In this document: positions 12,252 to 21,782 of the stretch, one piece after another | How positions within the stretch are numbered: position 1 is the stretch's first letter | Layout: every line of letters begins with the position of its first letter | From: Burkholderiales bacterium | GTDB taxonomy: Bacteria > Pseudomonadota > Gammaproteobacteria > Burkholderiales > Burkholderiaceae_C | Length of the DNA stretch: 64,000 bases | Assembly: GCA_038328055.1 (NCBI GenBank) | Contig: JBBQLQ010000001.1 | Coordinates: 3,816-67,815, forward strand | Direction of reading: 5' to 3' | Notes under the pieces: generated by a model | Told to the model about the DNA's origin: nothing | Databases searched by the model: none | What the model saw: only the letters and a program-made list of their open reading frames with translations | Program-made: the position numbers and the translations under genes

Positions 12252-12893
12252 GTGCCGATTAAAAAATACTTGCTTACCGGGCTGCTGGTCTGGCTGCCTT
12301 TGGCCATCACCATCTGGGTGTTGCTATGGCTGATGGGCTTGCTCGATGGCATTTTTGTAGCGCTTTTGACGGCCGTGCAGGCTGTTTCACCCGAATCCAT
12401 GGAAAGTTTTTGGGAGCGTTTCAAACACATTCCTGGCCTGGGTGTGGTGCTGGTCTTCAGTGGCTTGCTGGTGTCAGGTGCCTTGGTGTCGAATGTGGCA
12501 GGGCGCTGGTGGCTGGTGCAGGTTGATCGTTTGTTGACACGCATTCCGGTTTTCAAGTCGATTTACAACGCGGTCAAGAAAGTTTCTGACACGCTGTTTT
12601 CCAGCAACGGCAATGCTTTTCGCAAAGCCCTGCTGGTGCAGTACCCCCGGGCCGGTTCCTGGACCATCGCTTTTCAGACCGGTAACCCCAACGGCGAAGT
12701 CGCTGAGCACCTGGGCACTGACTTTGTCAGCGTCTATGTGCCAACCACGCCGAATCCGACCAGCGGTTTCTTTTTGATGCTGCCACGCACGGATGTGATT
12801 GAGCTCAAGATGAGCGTGGATGAAGCCTTGACGTATGTGATCTCGATGGGCTCGGTGGCACCTACCGCTGTGGCGGGTGTTTTACCCAAATAA
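12252..12893 (+). CDS. DUF502 membrane protein
   Basis: [13 protein letters not shown] signature; precedes aspS. Confidence 0.92.
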   Translation: MPIKKYLLTGLLVWLPLAITIWVLLWLMGLLDGIFVALLTAVQAVSPESMESFWERFKHIPGLGVVLVFSGLLVSGALVSNVAGRWWLVQVDRLLTRIPVFKSIYNAVKKVSDTLFSSNGNAFRKALLVQYPRAGSWTIAFQTGNPNGEVAEHLGTDFVSVYVPTTPNPTSGFFLMLPRTDVIELKMSVDEALTYVISMGSVAPTAVAGVLPK

Positions 12894-12912
12894 TTTTTTG
12901 AAAGCAGTTTTT

Positions 12913-14751
12913 ATGGCAATGCGTTCTCATTATTGCGGTCTGGTGACCGAAGCCCTGATGGGCCAAACCGTGACTCTGTGCGGCTGGGTGAACCGTCGGC
13001 GTGATCACGGCGGCGTGATTTTTGTTGATGTGCGTGACCGCGAAGGCTACGTGCAGGTGGTATGCGACCCAGACCGTGCCGAGATGTTCCATGTGGCAGA
13101 GGACCTTCGCAACGAGTTTTGCATCCAGGTCAAGGGCCTGGTGCGCGCCCGTCCGGACGGCACCGTCAACAACAACCTCAAGAGCGGCAAGATTGAAGTG
13201 CTGTGCCACGAGTTGACCGTGCTCAATCCGTCGGTGACACCGCCATTTCAGTTGGACGAAGAAAACCTGTCCGAGACCACACGTCTGACGCACCGCGTGC
13301 TTGACTTGCGTCGCCCGTACATGCAAAACAACCTGATGCTGCGCTACCGCGTGGCCATGGAAGTGCGCAAGTTTCTCGATAGCAATGGCTTCGTCGATAT
13401 TGAAACCCCGATGCTGACCAAGAGCACACCCGAAGGCGCGCGAGATTATCTGGTGCCCAGCCGCGTCCATGACGGCCATTTCTTTGCTTTGCCGCAATCG
13501 CCCCAGCTGTTCAAGCAGTTGCTGATGGTGGCCGGCTTTGATCGCTATTACCAGATCACCAAGTGTTTCCGCGACGAAGACCTGCGTGCTGATCGTCAGC
13601 CCGAATTTACCCAGATCGATATTGAAACCTCGTTCATGACCGAAGAGGAAATTCGGGATATGTTCCAGGGCATGATCAAGACCGTTTTCCAGAACACACT
13701 CAGTGTGGATTTGGGCGAATTCCCGGTCATGACCTACCAGGAGGCAGCGCACCGCTTTGGTTCGGACAAGCCCGATTTGCGCGTCAAGCTTGAATTTGCC
13801 GAACTGACCGATGTCATGGCAGATGTCGATTTCAAGGTGTTCGCGGGTGCCGCCACCATGAAGGGCGGTCGCGTGGTGGCGCTGCGTGTGCCTGGTGGAT
13901 CAAAGGAGGGCGGTGGTATCAGCCGCGGCGAGATCGATGCCTACACCGACTTTGTCAAAATTTACGGTGCCAAAGGCCTGGCCTACATCCGTGTCAATGA
14001 CGCAGCCAAAGGCCCGGATCCAGAAGGTGCCACACGATGGCCGGGCCTGCAAAGCCCGATTGTCAAGAACCTCCATGACAAGGCATTGAGTGCTGTGCTT
14101 GAGCGCACCAAAGCCCAGGACGGAGATTTGATCTTCTTTGGGGCTGACAAGGAAAAAGTCGTCAACGATGCCATCGGTGCCCTGCGCATCAAGGTGGGTC
14201 ACAGCGAGTTCGGCAAGAAAAACGGTCTGTTTGAAGACCGCTGGGCACCGCTGTGGGTGGTGGACTTCCCGATGTTCGAGCACGACGAAGAGTCCGATCG
14301 CTGGATGGCGGTGCACCATCCCTTCACGGCACCCAAAGACGGGCATGAAGACCTGATGGTGTCTGACCCAGGCAAATGCATTTCCAAGGGTTACGACATG
14401 GTGTTGAACGGCTGGGAAATGGGTGGCGGTTCGGTGCGTATCCACCGTGCCGACGTGCAGCGCAAGGTGTTTGATGCGCTCAAAATCTCTCCTGAAGAAG
14501 CCCAAATCAAATTTGGCTTCCTGCTTGACGCACTGCAATACGGCGCACCGCCACACGGCGGCTTGGCGTTTGGCCTGGACCGCATCGTGACCATGATGAC
14601 CGGTGCCGAGTCGATCCGTGATGTGATCGCCTTCCCGAAAACCCAGCGCGCCCAGTGTTTGCTGACGCAAGCGCCTTCGTTGGTGGATGAAAAGCAGTTG
14701 CGCGAATTGCATATTCGTCTGCGCAACACTGACTTGGCGATGCCCGCGTAA
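12913..14751 (+). CDS. aspS: Aspartate--tRNA ligase (probably non-discriminating Asp/Asn type)
   Basis: MRSHYCG, RRDHGG (His typical of ND enzymes), [33 protein letters not shown]. Confidence 0.97.
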   Translation: MAMRSHYCGLVTEALMGQTVTLCGWVNRRRDHGGVIFVDVRDREGYVQVVCDPDRAEMFHVAEDLRNEFCIQVKGLVRARPDGTVNNNLKSGKIEVLCHELTVLNPSVTPPFQLDEENLSETTRLTHRVLDLRRPYMQNNLMLRYRVAMEVRKFLDSNGFVDIETPMLTKSTPEGARDYLVPSRVHDGHFFALPQSPQLFKQLLMVAGFDRYYQITKCFRDEDLRADRQPEFTQIDIETSFMTEEEIRDMFQGMIKTVFQNTLSVDLGEFPVMTYQEAAHRFGSDKPDLRVKLEFAELTDVMADVDFKVFAGAATMKGGRVVALRVPGGSKEGGGISRGEIDAYTDFVKIYGAKGLAYIRVNDAAKGPDPEGATRWPGLQSPIVKNLHDKALSAVLERTKAQDGDLIFFGADKEKVVNDAIGALRIKVGHSEFGKKNGLFEDRWAPLWVVDFPMFEHDEESDRWMAVHHPFTAPKDGHEDLMVSDPGKCISKGYDMVLNGWEMGGGSVRIHRADVQRKVFDALKISPEEAQIKFGFLLDALQYGAPPHGGLAFGLDRIVTMMTGAESIRDVIAFPKTQRAQCLLTQAPSLVDEKQLRELHIRLRNTDLAMPA

Positions 14752-14779
14752 TGCCGGTTTGAAGAGATCATGGGCGACC

Positions 14780-14811
14780 AAAAAAGGGCACTCGTTGGGG
14801 TGCTTTTTTTT
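14780..14811 (+). terminator. Intrinsic terminator after aspS
   Basis: AAAAAGGGCACTC-GTTG-GGGTGCTTTTTTTT hairpin with U-tract. Confidence 0.75.
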
Positions 14812-14863
14812 CGCCATTTCCCATAATGGCTAGAATGGCCAATAACTGTCCGAGAGGCTTTCT

Positions 14864-15145
14864 ATGCAAGTGACCGCGACCGAAGCCAAAAATCGTTTTG
14901 GATATTTTTGCGCCAAGGCCAAGAGCGAACCTGTATTTGTAGAAAAAGATGGGCGGCTTGACAGTGTGATCATGTCGTTTGAGTCGTTTCAGTCACTTAA
15001 ACCAGATCAGGTGCCGGTGAGTTTTGCCGAGCGAAAGCGGCAATTTGACGAGCAATACAAGGACTGGTTGGATGCACAGAATGCGCAGCACGAAACGCAT
15101 GGACTTTGGTGTGATGGGATGGTGGCGTGGCCGGGAGAAGTTTGA
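14864..15145 (+). CDS. Antitoxin: Phd/YefM-type N-terminus with CcdA-like C-terminus
   Basis: MQVTATEAKNRFG...EPVFVEKDGR (Phd fold); C-term RQFDEQYKDWLDAQNAQHETHGLWCD resembles CcdA; TGA overlaps toxin ATG. Confidence 0.78.
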   Translation: MQVTATEAKNRFGYFCAKAKSEPVFVEKDGRLDSVIMSFESFQSLKPDQVPVSFAERKRQFDEQYKDWLDAQNAQHETHGLWCDGMVAWPGEV

Positions 15146-15462
15146 TGGCGCAATACGATGTTTATGTCAATCCGCAGCGCCAATCGCGGCCATTCGTTCC
15201 CTATGTCATTGATGTACAGGGTATCTTGATTGACCGGTTGCCGACGCGTTTGGTGATGCCTTTGTCGCGTGTGGGGGCTACATTGCCTCAATTACCCCTG
15301 AATTTGTGTCCTGTAGTTTGTTTTGAAGGCGAGACGCTCAGCATCCACCCTCACCTGGCGGCACCCGTTCCTGCCAGCTCGCTCAAGCATCCGGTGCTGA
15401 ACTTGCAGTCGCATGCCAGCACGATCAGAGCCGCTCTTGATGCGGTTATCTCCGGTGTCTGA
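15145..15462 (+). CDS. ccdB: CcdB family toxin
   Basis: MAQYDVYVNP...PYVIDVQ..LIDRLPTRLVMPL...LCPVV.FEG...IRAALDAVISGV. Confidence 0.85.
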   Translation: MAQYDVYVNPQRQSRPFVPYVIDVQGILIDRLPTRLVMPLSRVGATLPQLPLNLCPVVCFEGETLSIHPHLAAPVPASSLKHPVLNLQSHASTIRAALDAVISGV

Positions 15463-15940
15463 GTCTGAAGTTTTCAAAATTCCCGAGTCCGTACTGGTGG
15501 TGATTTACACCCCGGCGCTCGATGTGCTGTTGATCAAGCGCGCCGATGCGGATGATTTCTGGCAGTCGGTTACTGGTAGCAAGGATTTCCTCAACGAGTC
15601 ATGTGAGCAGACGGCCCGGCGTGAAGTGGCTGAAGAAACCGGCATTGATTGCGCACCCGGTTCCGTCTTGACAGCCCATTTGCACGACTGGCAGCTTGAA
15701 AATATTTATGAAATTTACCCGCGCTGGCGACACCGCTACGCGCCTGGGGTGGTGAAAAACACCGAACATCTGTTTGGCTTGCAAGTGCCCGTCGGAACAC
15801 CGGTGCGTCTGAGTGCGCATGAGCACACGGCCTACCGCTGGCTACCCTACCGCGATGCGGCTGCGGCGTGCTTTTCGCCCTCCAACGCAGAGGCCTGCTT
15901 GCTGTTGCCGCAGTTTGCTGCACAAGGAGTTGCAAGGTGA
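15455..15940 (+). CDS. nudB: Dihydroneopterin triphosphate diphosphatase (Nudix)
   Basis: FKIPESVLVVIY, FWQSVTGS, ARREVAEETG, NTEHLF; probable GTG start 15455. Confidence 0.92.
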   Translation: MSESEVFKIPESVLVVIYTPALDVLLIKRADADDFWQSVTGSKDFLNESCEQTARREVAEETGIDCAPGSVLTAHLHDWQLENIYEIYPRWRHRYAPGVVKNTEHLFGLQVPVGTPVRLSAHEHTAYRWLPYRDAAAACFSPSNAEACLLLPQFAAQGVAR

Positions 15941-16683
15941 GCGTCAATACAGACATTCTGCGGGTTGCTACTTACAACATTCACAAGGGCGTGCAGGGCA
16001 TCGGCCCAACGCGCCGACTGGAGATTCATAACCTGGTGTTGGCGGTGGAGTCGCTCGATGCCGATGTGGTGTGCCTGCAAGAGGTGCGCCTGGGCAATCG
16101 GCGCGAAGAAAAACATTTCGCGCAATGGCCTGCATCGAGTCAGGCTGAGTTTTTGGCACCACTGGGTTATGAAGCGATCTACCGGACTAACGCCGTCACC
16201 CGCCATGGCGAGCATGGCAATGCATTGCTGTCACGCTGGCCGGTGCTGACGCACCAGCATGAAGACATGTCGGACCACCGGCTGGAGCAGCGCGGACTGT
16301 TGCATGTGGTGCTGGATGTGCAGGGGCGTAGCGTGCATGTGCTGGTCGTCCATTTGGGCCTGATCCGGGTCAGCCGGGTACGTCAAGTGATGCAGTTACA
16401 ACGATTTATCGAGCGTGAAATACCAGCCGATGTGCCCCTGTTGGTGGCGGGGGACTTCAACGACTGGGGCAACTGGATCAAAGATGCCTTCAAACGGGTT
16501 GATTTGCACATTTGGGCAGGCAAGCCGCAGCCAACGTTTCCATCCCGGATGCCAATGGCGCAACTGGACCATGTGTTTTCCCGTGGTCTGGTGCCCGTTG
16601 GCTTGACGGTGCCGCACGGGCGCATCTGGTGGCGCATGTCGGACCATTTGCCCCTGATTGCCGAATTCACCCTGCCAACTTGA
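15937..16683 (+). CDS. Endonuclease/exonuclease/phosphatase family protein (YbhP-like)
   Basis: VATYNIHKG, LQEV, HGNALLS, AGDFNDW, SDHLPL. Confidence 0.9.
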   Translation: MSVNTDILRVATYNIHKGVQGIGPTRRLEIHNLVLAVESLDADVVCLQEVRLGNRREEKHFAQWPASSQAEFLAPLGYEAIYRTNAVTRHGEHGNALLSRWPVLTHQHEDMSDHRLEQRGLLHVVLDVQGRSVHVLVVHLGLIRVSRVRQVMQLQRFIEREIPADVPLLVAGDFNDWGNWIKDAFKRVDLHIWAGKPQPTFPSRMPMAQLDHVFSRGLVPVGLTVPHGRIWWRMSDHLPLIAEFTLPT

Positions 16684-16692
16684 CGGGTGCGC

Positions 16693-17895
16693 ATGACGCA
16701 ACGCCAAGCTGGCCATCAACTCACGCTCTTGAAGGGCGCACAAGAGTACTTTGCTGCCCTGATCCAAGCCATTGATGCCGCGACCCATGAGGTCAGGTTT
16801 GAAACCTACATTTTCAATGTGCAGGGATCGGGTGAGGGCGTGCTGCAGGCGCTGGCCCGCGCAGGCCAGCGTGGTTTGGCGGTTTTTTTGGTGGTCGACG
16901 GTGTCGGTACACCGCGCTTGCCGTCGCCTTGGCCCGAACAACTTGCGGTCGCGGGTGTACAGTGGCGCATTTTTTCGCCCCTCGGAAAGTTGGGTTTGTT
17001 GCTGCCCAGCGGCTGGCGGCGCCTGCACCGCAAGCTGTGTGTGGTCGATGGTCAGGTGGCTTTTTGCGGTGGCATCAACGTGCTTGACGACTGGTTTGAT
17101 CCCAATCATGGCCCCCTTGGGGCTCCACGCTTTGATTTTGCGGTGCGCGTGACGGGGCCCCTCGTACAGGTCGCGCATACGGCTATGGCGCAGTTCTGGT
17201 GGCGCTTGCAGGCAGCGCAAAGTGCCAAGCATGTGGACTGGGCCGGGGCCTGGCAGGCGCTGCAACAGGTCGTGCGCGAAAAGCGTCAGCCTATGGCTGA
17301 TGATTTTGTGCCGGGTGAAGGGGCCTTGGCCGAACTGGTATTGCGTGACAACGTGCTAAATCGCACCCGTATCGAGCGGGCGTACCGACAGGCTTTGGGT
17401 GAAGCCCGCAGCGACATCGTGCTGGCCAACGCCTATTTTTTGCCGGGCCGCAAGATTCGCAAGAGCTTGATTCATGCAGCTCAACGCGGTGTGCGTGTGC
17501 GCCTGTTGTTGCAGGGGCGCTACGAATACTTCATGCAACACCACGCCGCCCATGCGCTTTACGGTGGCCTGCTGGCCGCCGGTGTTGAAATATACGAGTA
17601 CCGCCCCAGTTTTTTGCATGCCAAGGTCGCGGTGATCGATGGACGCTGGGCCACCGTGGGTTCCTCCAATATGGATCCCTTGAGTTTGTTGCTGGCCCGG
17701 GAGGCCAATGTGGTGGTTGAAGATGCGGCGTTTGCCGGTGATTTGAACCGTCAGCTTGAAATGGCTTTGACTGGCAGCGCCCAGCGGGTCGATCCCTTGC
17801 AGCATGGGATGCGGCCAATCTGGCAGAAGGTGCTGGATCGGCTGGCGCTGTTGATCATGCGGGGTATGGTCTTTCTGAATGGAAAACGCTATTAA
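16693..17895 (+). CDS. clsB: Cardiolipin synthase B
   Basis: Two HKD motifs (HRKLCVVD, HAKVAVID); follows ybhP-like gene. Confidence 0.9.
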   Translation: MTQRQAGHQLTLLKGAQEYFAALIQAIDAATHEVRFETYIFNVQGSGEGVLQALARAGQRGLAVFLVVDGVGTPRLPSPWPEQLAVAGVQWRIFSPLGKLGLLLPSGWRRLHRKLCVVDGQVAFCGGINVLDDWFDPNHGPLGAPRFDFAVRVTGPLVQVAHTAMAQFWWRLQAAQSAKHVDWAGAWQALQQVVREKRQPMADDFVPGEGALAELVLRDNVLNRTRIERAYRQALGEARSDIVLANAYFLPGRKIRKSLIHAAQRGVRVRLLLQGRYEYFMQHHAAHALYGGLLAAGVEIYEYRPSFLHAKVAVIDGRWATVGSSNMDPLSLLLAREANVVVEDAAFAGDLNRQLEMALTGSAQRVDPLQHGMRPIWQKVLDRLALLIMRGMVFLNGKRY

Positions 17896-17941
17896 TATAG
17901 TAGCTATATTCGCAGTGCTTATAAGGGTTATCAGTGAATAA
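17888..17941 (+). repeat. 54-bp dispersed motif copy 3 (spans clsB stop codon)
   Basis: GCTA ttaatatag TAGC tatat TCGC agtgcttat AAGGGTTATCAGT. Confidence 0.8.
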
Positions 17942-17965
17942 CCCTAATTTAAAAAGACTGCTACG

Positions 17966-18697
17966 ATGAACGCCTCCCTAAATATTGCGAAAACCATGAA
18001 CCCAGTTGAACAAGACGAAGGAACGCCGGTATCTGTCAAGATTCGTGAACGAGTCCTGGCAGCACGCAAGCGTTTCCATGCCAATGACAACATTGCTGAT
18101 TTCATCGAGCCCGGAGAGCTTGAACGCCTGCTTGACGAGGTGGAAGAAAAAATGAAAGGTGTTCTTACCAGTTTGGTGATTGACACCGAGCATGACCACA
18201 ATACCGACAACACCGCGCGCCGGGTCGCCAAGATGTACCTCAAGGAAGTGTTTCAGGGGCGCTATGTCAAGGCCCCTGAAATCACCGAGTTCCCCAATGC
18301 CGAGTACCTCAATGAGCTGATGATTGTGGGCCCCATCACGGTGCGCAGCGCCTGCAGCCACCATTTTTGTCCGATCATGGGCAAGATATGGATTGGCGTG
18401 TTGCCCAACGAGCACACCAATGTGATTGGCCTGTCCAAATACGCACGCCTGGCCGAATGGGTCATGGGGCGGCCTCAGATTCAGGAGGAAGCAGTGGTGC
18501 AACTGGCCGACTTGATTCAGCAAAAAACCCAGCCTGATGGTCTGGCCATCGTCATGGAAGCCAGTCATTTCTGCATGAGCTGGCGCGGTGTCAAAGATAT
18601 GGACAGCAAGATGATCAATTCAGTCATGCGTGGCAGCTTTCTCAAGGATGCCAACCTGCGCCGTGAGTTTTTGTCCCTTATTCCCCGGAAAGGTTAA
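17966..18697 (+). CDS. folE: GTP cyclohydrolase I
   Basis: DHNTDNTARRVAKMY, SACSHHF, GLSKYARL, RPQIQE, HFCMSWRG; start could be 17996. Confidence 0.92.
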   Translation: MNASLNIAKTMNPVEQDEGTPVSVKIRERVLAARKRFHANDNIADFIEPGELERLLDEVEEKMKGVLTSLVIDTEHDHNTDNTARRVAKMYLKEVFQGRYVKAPEITEFPNAEYLNELMIVGPITVRSACSHHFCPIMGKIWIGVLPNEHTNVIGLSKYARLAEWVMGRPQIQEEAVVQLADLIQQKTQPDGLAIVMEASHFCMSWRGVKDMDSKMINSVMRGSFLKDANLRREFLSLIPRKG

Positions 18698-18699
18698 TC

Positions 18700-19122
18700 A
18701 TGTTGGTCCGTTTGTTGTATGCCAGCCGCGCTGTGGACATCCGTCCCGAGGCGATTGAATCCATTTTGCACCAGTCACGCTCGCACAACCCCGACTGTGG
18801 TGTGACCGGTGTACTTTGTTATGGTGGAGGCATCTTTTTGCAAGCTCTTGAAGGTGGACGCATGGCCATCAGCGAGCTCTACGGGCACATCCAGCGCGAC
18901 CAGCGCCACAAGGATGTGGTGCTGCTGCAGTATGAAGAAATCGCCGAGCGCCGCTTTGCCGGTTGGACCATGGGCGAGGTCAATATGAACCGTATCAATG
19001 CCTCCATCTTGCTCAAGTACGCTGAAAAACCCGAGCTTGATCCCTACTCGGTCTCGGGTACGGTGTCGCTGGCCTTGCTCGAAGAATTGATGGCTACCGC
19101 TTCCATCATCGGGCGCGCCTAA
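18700..19122 (+). CDS. Stand-alone BLUF blue-light photoreceptor
   Basis: LLYAS (Tyr), SRSHN, VTGVL, FLQALEG (Gln), DQRH, RRFAGWTM. Confidence 0.92.
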   Translation: MLVRLLYASRAVDIRPEAIESILHQSRSHNPDCGVTGVLCYGGGIFLQALEGGRMAISELYGHIQRDQRHKDVVLLQYEEIAERRFAGWTMGEVNMNRINASILLKYAEKPELDPYSVSGTVSLALLEELMATASIIGRA

Positions 19123-19134
19123 CGACGCTGCTGT

Positions 19135-19980
19135 ATGTTGTTGCTGGGGTGTGATTTTTCCAGCGCGCCATCGTCCAAGAAAAACATTGTTTTAGCCATT
19201 GGGCGCTTGTTAGACGGGCGTATAGTGCTCTCGAAATTAGAGCGATTTTCTTCCTTGTCCGATTTTGCCGCATGGCTGCAACAGCCTTTACGGTGGGTCG
19301 GCGCATTTGATCTGCCGTTTGGCCTGCCACGCGAATTGGTGCAAACCCTGGGCTGGCCCACCACTTGGCAAGCCTGCATGACGCACTATTTCAGCCTGAG
19401 CCGAGCGCAGATTCGTGATATGTTTGCTGCGTTTTGCAATGCCCGACCAGTTGGCGGCAAATTTGCCCACCGGGCGACCGATATTCCGGCGGGCTCAAGT
19501 CCCAGCATGAAGTGGGTGAACCCACCGGTGGCTTTCATGATGCATGCCGGCGTGCCACTGCTGTTGCAAGCGGATATTGATTTGCCCGGACTGCATTCTG
19601 CCGGTGAACGCAACCAGGCCAGTGACGGGCAGCGGCTGCGGGTGGCCTTGGAAGGATACCCTGGCCTGCTGGCGCGCGAGGTGCTGGGTCAGCGCAGCTA
19701 CAAAAGCGACGACAAGTCACGCCAAACGTCCGAGCGTTTGATTGCCCGCAAGGACTTGATCACCGCGCTGGAGCATGGCCATACCCGTTTGGGCTTGCGT
19801 TTGAAACTCAGCCATGCACAACGCGATGCCCTGGTGGATGATGCCAGTGGCGACGCGCTTGATGCTGTGTTGTGTCTGATGCAGGCAGCCTGGGCCCAGA
19901 CACGCCATGAAGCGGGCGACCGTGGCTATGGTTTACCACCGGAACTGGACCCTCTTGAGGGCTGGATTATTACCGCCTGA
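19135..19980 (+). CDS. DUF429 family protein (RNase H-like predicted nuclease)
   Basis: GCDFSSAP, AFDLPFGLP, LEGYPG, DALDAVLC, EGWI. Confidence 0.82.
   Translation: MLLLGCDFSSAPSSKKNIVLAIGRLLDGRIVLSKLERFSSLSDFAAWLQQPLRWVGAFDLPFGLPRELVQTLGWPTTWQACMTHYFSLSRAQIRDMFAAFCNARPVGGKFAHRATDIPAGSSPSMKWVNPPVAFMMHAGVPLLLQADIDLPGLHSAGERNQASDGQRLRVALEGYPGLLAREVLGQRSYKSDDKSRQTSERLIARKDLITALEHGHTRLGLRLKLSHAQRDALVDDASGDALDAVLCLMQAAWAQTRHEAGDRGYGLPPELDPLEGWIITA
19190..19243 (-). repeat. 54-bp dispersed motif copy 4 (inside DUF429 CDS)
   Basis: Reverse strand: GCTC taatttcga GAGC actat ACGC ccgtctaac AAGCGCCCAATGG. Confidence 0.72.
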
Positions 19981-20038
19981 GTGCCGCCTGAGTGCGATTT
20001 GCCGCAGGCGTTTGCGCCAGGCCAGCGGCTGGCTGGAC

Positions 20039-20875
20039 TTACTTGTGCTGGGTGATCAGGGTTTCTTCAATCTTGCCTGCGAGCTGTGAAATCGCCAGGG
20101 CGGCAGCGCAACCGGGCATGGATTGAATCAACAGTTGGCGCCGCATCACGGCTTGACGCACGGAAGGGTCTGCCGGGATGTCGCCCATGTGAACCAGCTT
20201 GACCTTGTCCGCCGGGGCGGCTATGACAAAGCGGTCCAGTACCTGCTGCAATTGGTTGGTGATGGCACGGCCATCGCCCATGCGGGCCGTCTGGTTGATG
20301 ACCATGCGGATGATCTTGCGTTTTTGCTCGCCCACCAGCACCTTGATGGTGGCATAGGCATCCGTGAGCGAGGTGGGCTCCGGCGTGGCAACCACCAGCA
20401 CTTCAGAGGCCAGCGACACCGCAAACAGCACGACGTCCGAAATGCCGGCGCCGGTGTCAAGAATCACGATGTCGTAATGTGGCAGCAGTCCGGACATGAC
20501 ATGCAGAAAATCATTGCGCACGTTGGGGGTCAGGCGGGAATATTCAACCATGCCCGAACCCGCCAGCAGCACTGAAAAACCACCGGGCGCACGCACGATC
20601 GCTTCTTCGAGTTTGGCCTTGCCGGTGAAGACATCGTGCAGGGTGATTTTGGGGTACAGGTTCAGCACCACGTCCAAATTGGCCAGACCCAGGTCGGCAT
20701 CCAGCACCAGCACTTTTTGCCCACGCTTGGCCAGGGCTGCGGCCAGATTGGCAGAGACAAAAGTCTTGCCAACGCCGCCTTTGCCGCTGGTGACGGCAAG
20801 CACTTTGCCAAGGGGCTTCAAGGGCAGCGGGTTCGCTGGTTTTTCTTTGGCAGGAGGGGTGTTCAGTTCGCTCAT
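20039..20875 (-). CDS. FlhG/FleN-like MinD-family ATPase
   Basis: SGKGGVGKT deviant Walker A, DADLGLANLD, DTGAGIS, PEPTSLTDAYATIK. Confidence 0.9.
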   Translation of the reverse strand: MSELNTPPAKEKPANPLPLKPLGKVLAVTSGKGGVGKTFVSANLAAALAKRGQKVLVLDADLGLANLDVVLNLYPKITLHDVFTGKAKLEEAIVRAPGGFSVLLAGSGMVEYSRLTPNVRNDFLHVMSGLLPHYDIVILDTGAGISDVVLFAVSLASEVLVVATPEPTSLTDAYATIKVLVGEQKRKIIRMVINQTARMGDGRAITNQLQQVLDRFVIAAPADKVKLVHMGDIPADPSVRQAVMRRQLLIQSMPGCAAALAISQLAGKIEETLITQHK

Positions 20876-20876
20876 T

Positions 20877-21644
20877 TCAGTTCACTCTATTCATTGCACT
20901 GCCCGATGAACCGACAGAACCATCGCTGATCATGCTTTCGATCCAGCCAGGATCGCCCAGCGAGAGGGGGCCAAACAACAAACTTTTTTCTTCCGCGCTG
21001 ACTGATAAAATGGCCTGTGGCTCAATGCACACCCGGTTACGACCTTCTGATTTAGCCCGGTATAGCTCAATGTCAGCCCGGTCCACCCACAGCTCGGGGG
21101 TCGAGCGCACCCAGCGCGGCGCGTAGGCACCGCCAATGCTGATGGTGACCTTGATCGTGACACCCGGTGAAATGCTGATGTTCAATTTGCCGACTGACTC
21201 GCGGATTCGCTCGGCCACATGGTTCCCATAATGCCCCTGACAGCTTGGCAGGATGATGACAAATTCTTCACCGCCAAAACGGGCCACAGTGTCCATGGGT
21301 CGCACACAGCCCGCCAATGTTTTGGAAACCAACTGCAGCACTTTGTCGCCAGCCGGGTGGCCGTAGGTGTCGTTGACCTTTTTGAAATGATCAATATCAA
21401 GCATCAGCAACAAGGCGGGCTCGCCAGAGCGGGCCACCACTTCGATCTCGCGTCCCAGCACATTTTGGAAATAACGCCGGTTGGCCAAGCCGGTTAACGG
21501 ATCCTTGAGAGACAAGTCGCACAGCTTGTCGATGACGGACTGCAGGTAGTCCTGGGCGCTGTCGTTAACATCTGGCAGCGCTTGTTCGCCATGCTCCAGC
21601 AGGGCGAGTGCATCGTTGAGACGGAGTTTTTGCAGTTCGACCAT
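20877..21644 (-). CDS. Diguanylate cyclase (GGEEF) with short N-terminal region
   Basis: DPLTGLANRR, DIDHFKKVNDTYGH, RPMD I-site, RFGGEEF. Confidence 0.92.
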   Translation of the reverse strand: MVELQKLRLNDALALLEHGEQALPDVNDSAQDYLQSVIDKLCDLSLKDPLTGLANRRYFQNVLGREIEVVARSGEPALLLMLDIDHFKKVNDTYGHPAGDKVLQLVSKTLAGCVRPMDTVARFGGEEFVIILPSCQGHYGNHVAERIRESVGKLNISISPGVTIKVTISIGGAYAPRWVRSTPELWVDRADIELYRAKSEGRNRVCIEPQAILSVSAEEKSLLFGPLSLGDPGWIESMISDGSVGSSGSAMNRVN

Positions 21645-21782
21645 GAAGGTGGCAGTGTGGGGCGACAGTGAAAATTTTTAAGTTTGCGTTTCAAGTCTAA
21701 CAGGTCTATTTTCACCCTGATACTCGAAACTGGCAGGTATATTGGGCTCAAAATTTGAGGTGCAATTTGTAGGGTCAAAAAA

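Noticed and set aside
21670-21780. AT-rich intergenic stretch with AGGTCTATTT resembling the motif tail (similar half sites near 24581 and 57413)
   Set aside because: Upstream boxes absent; more simply a divergent promoter region
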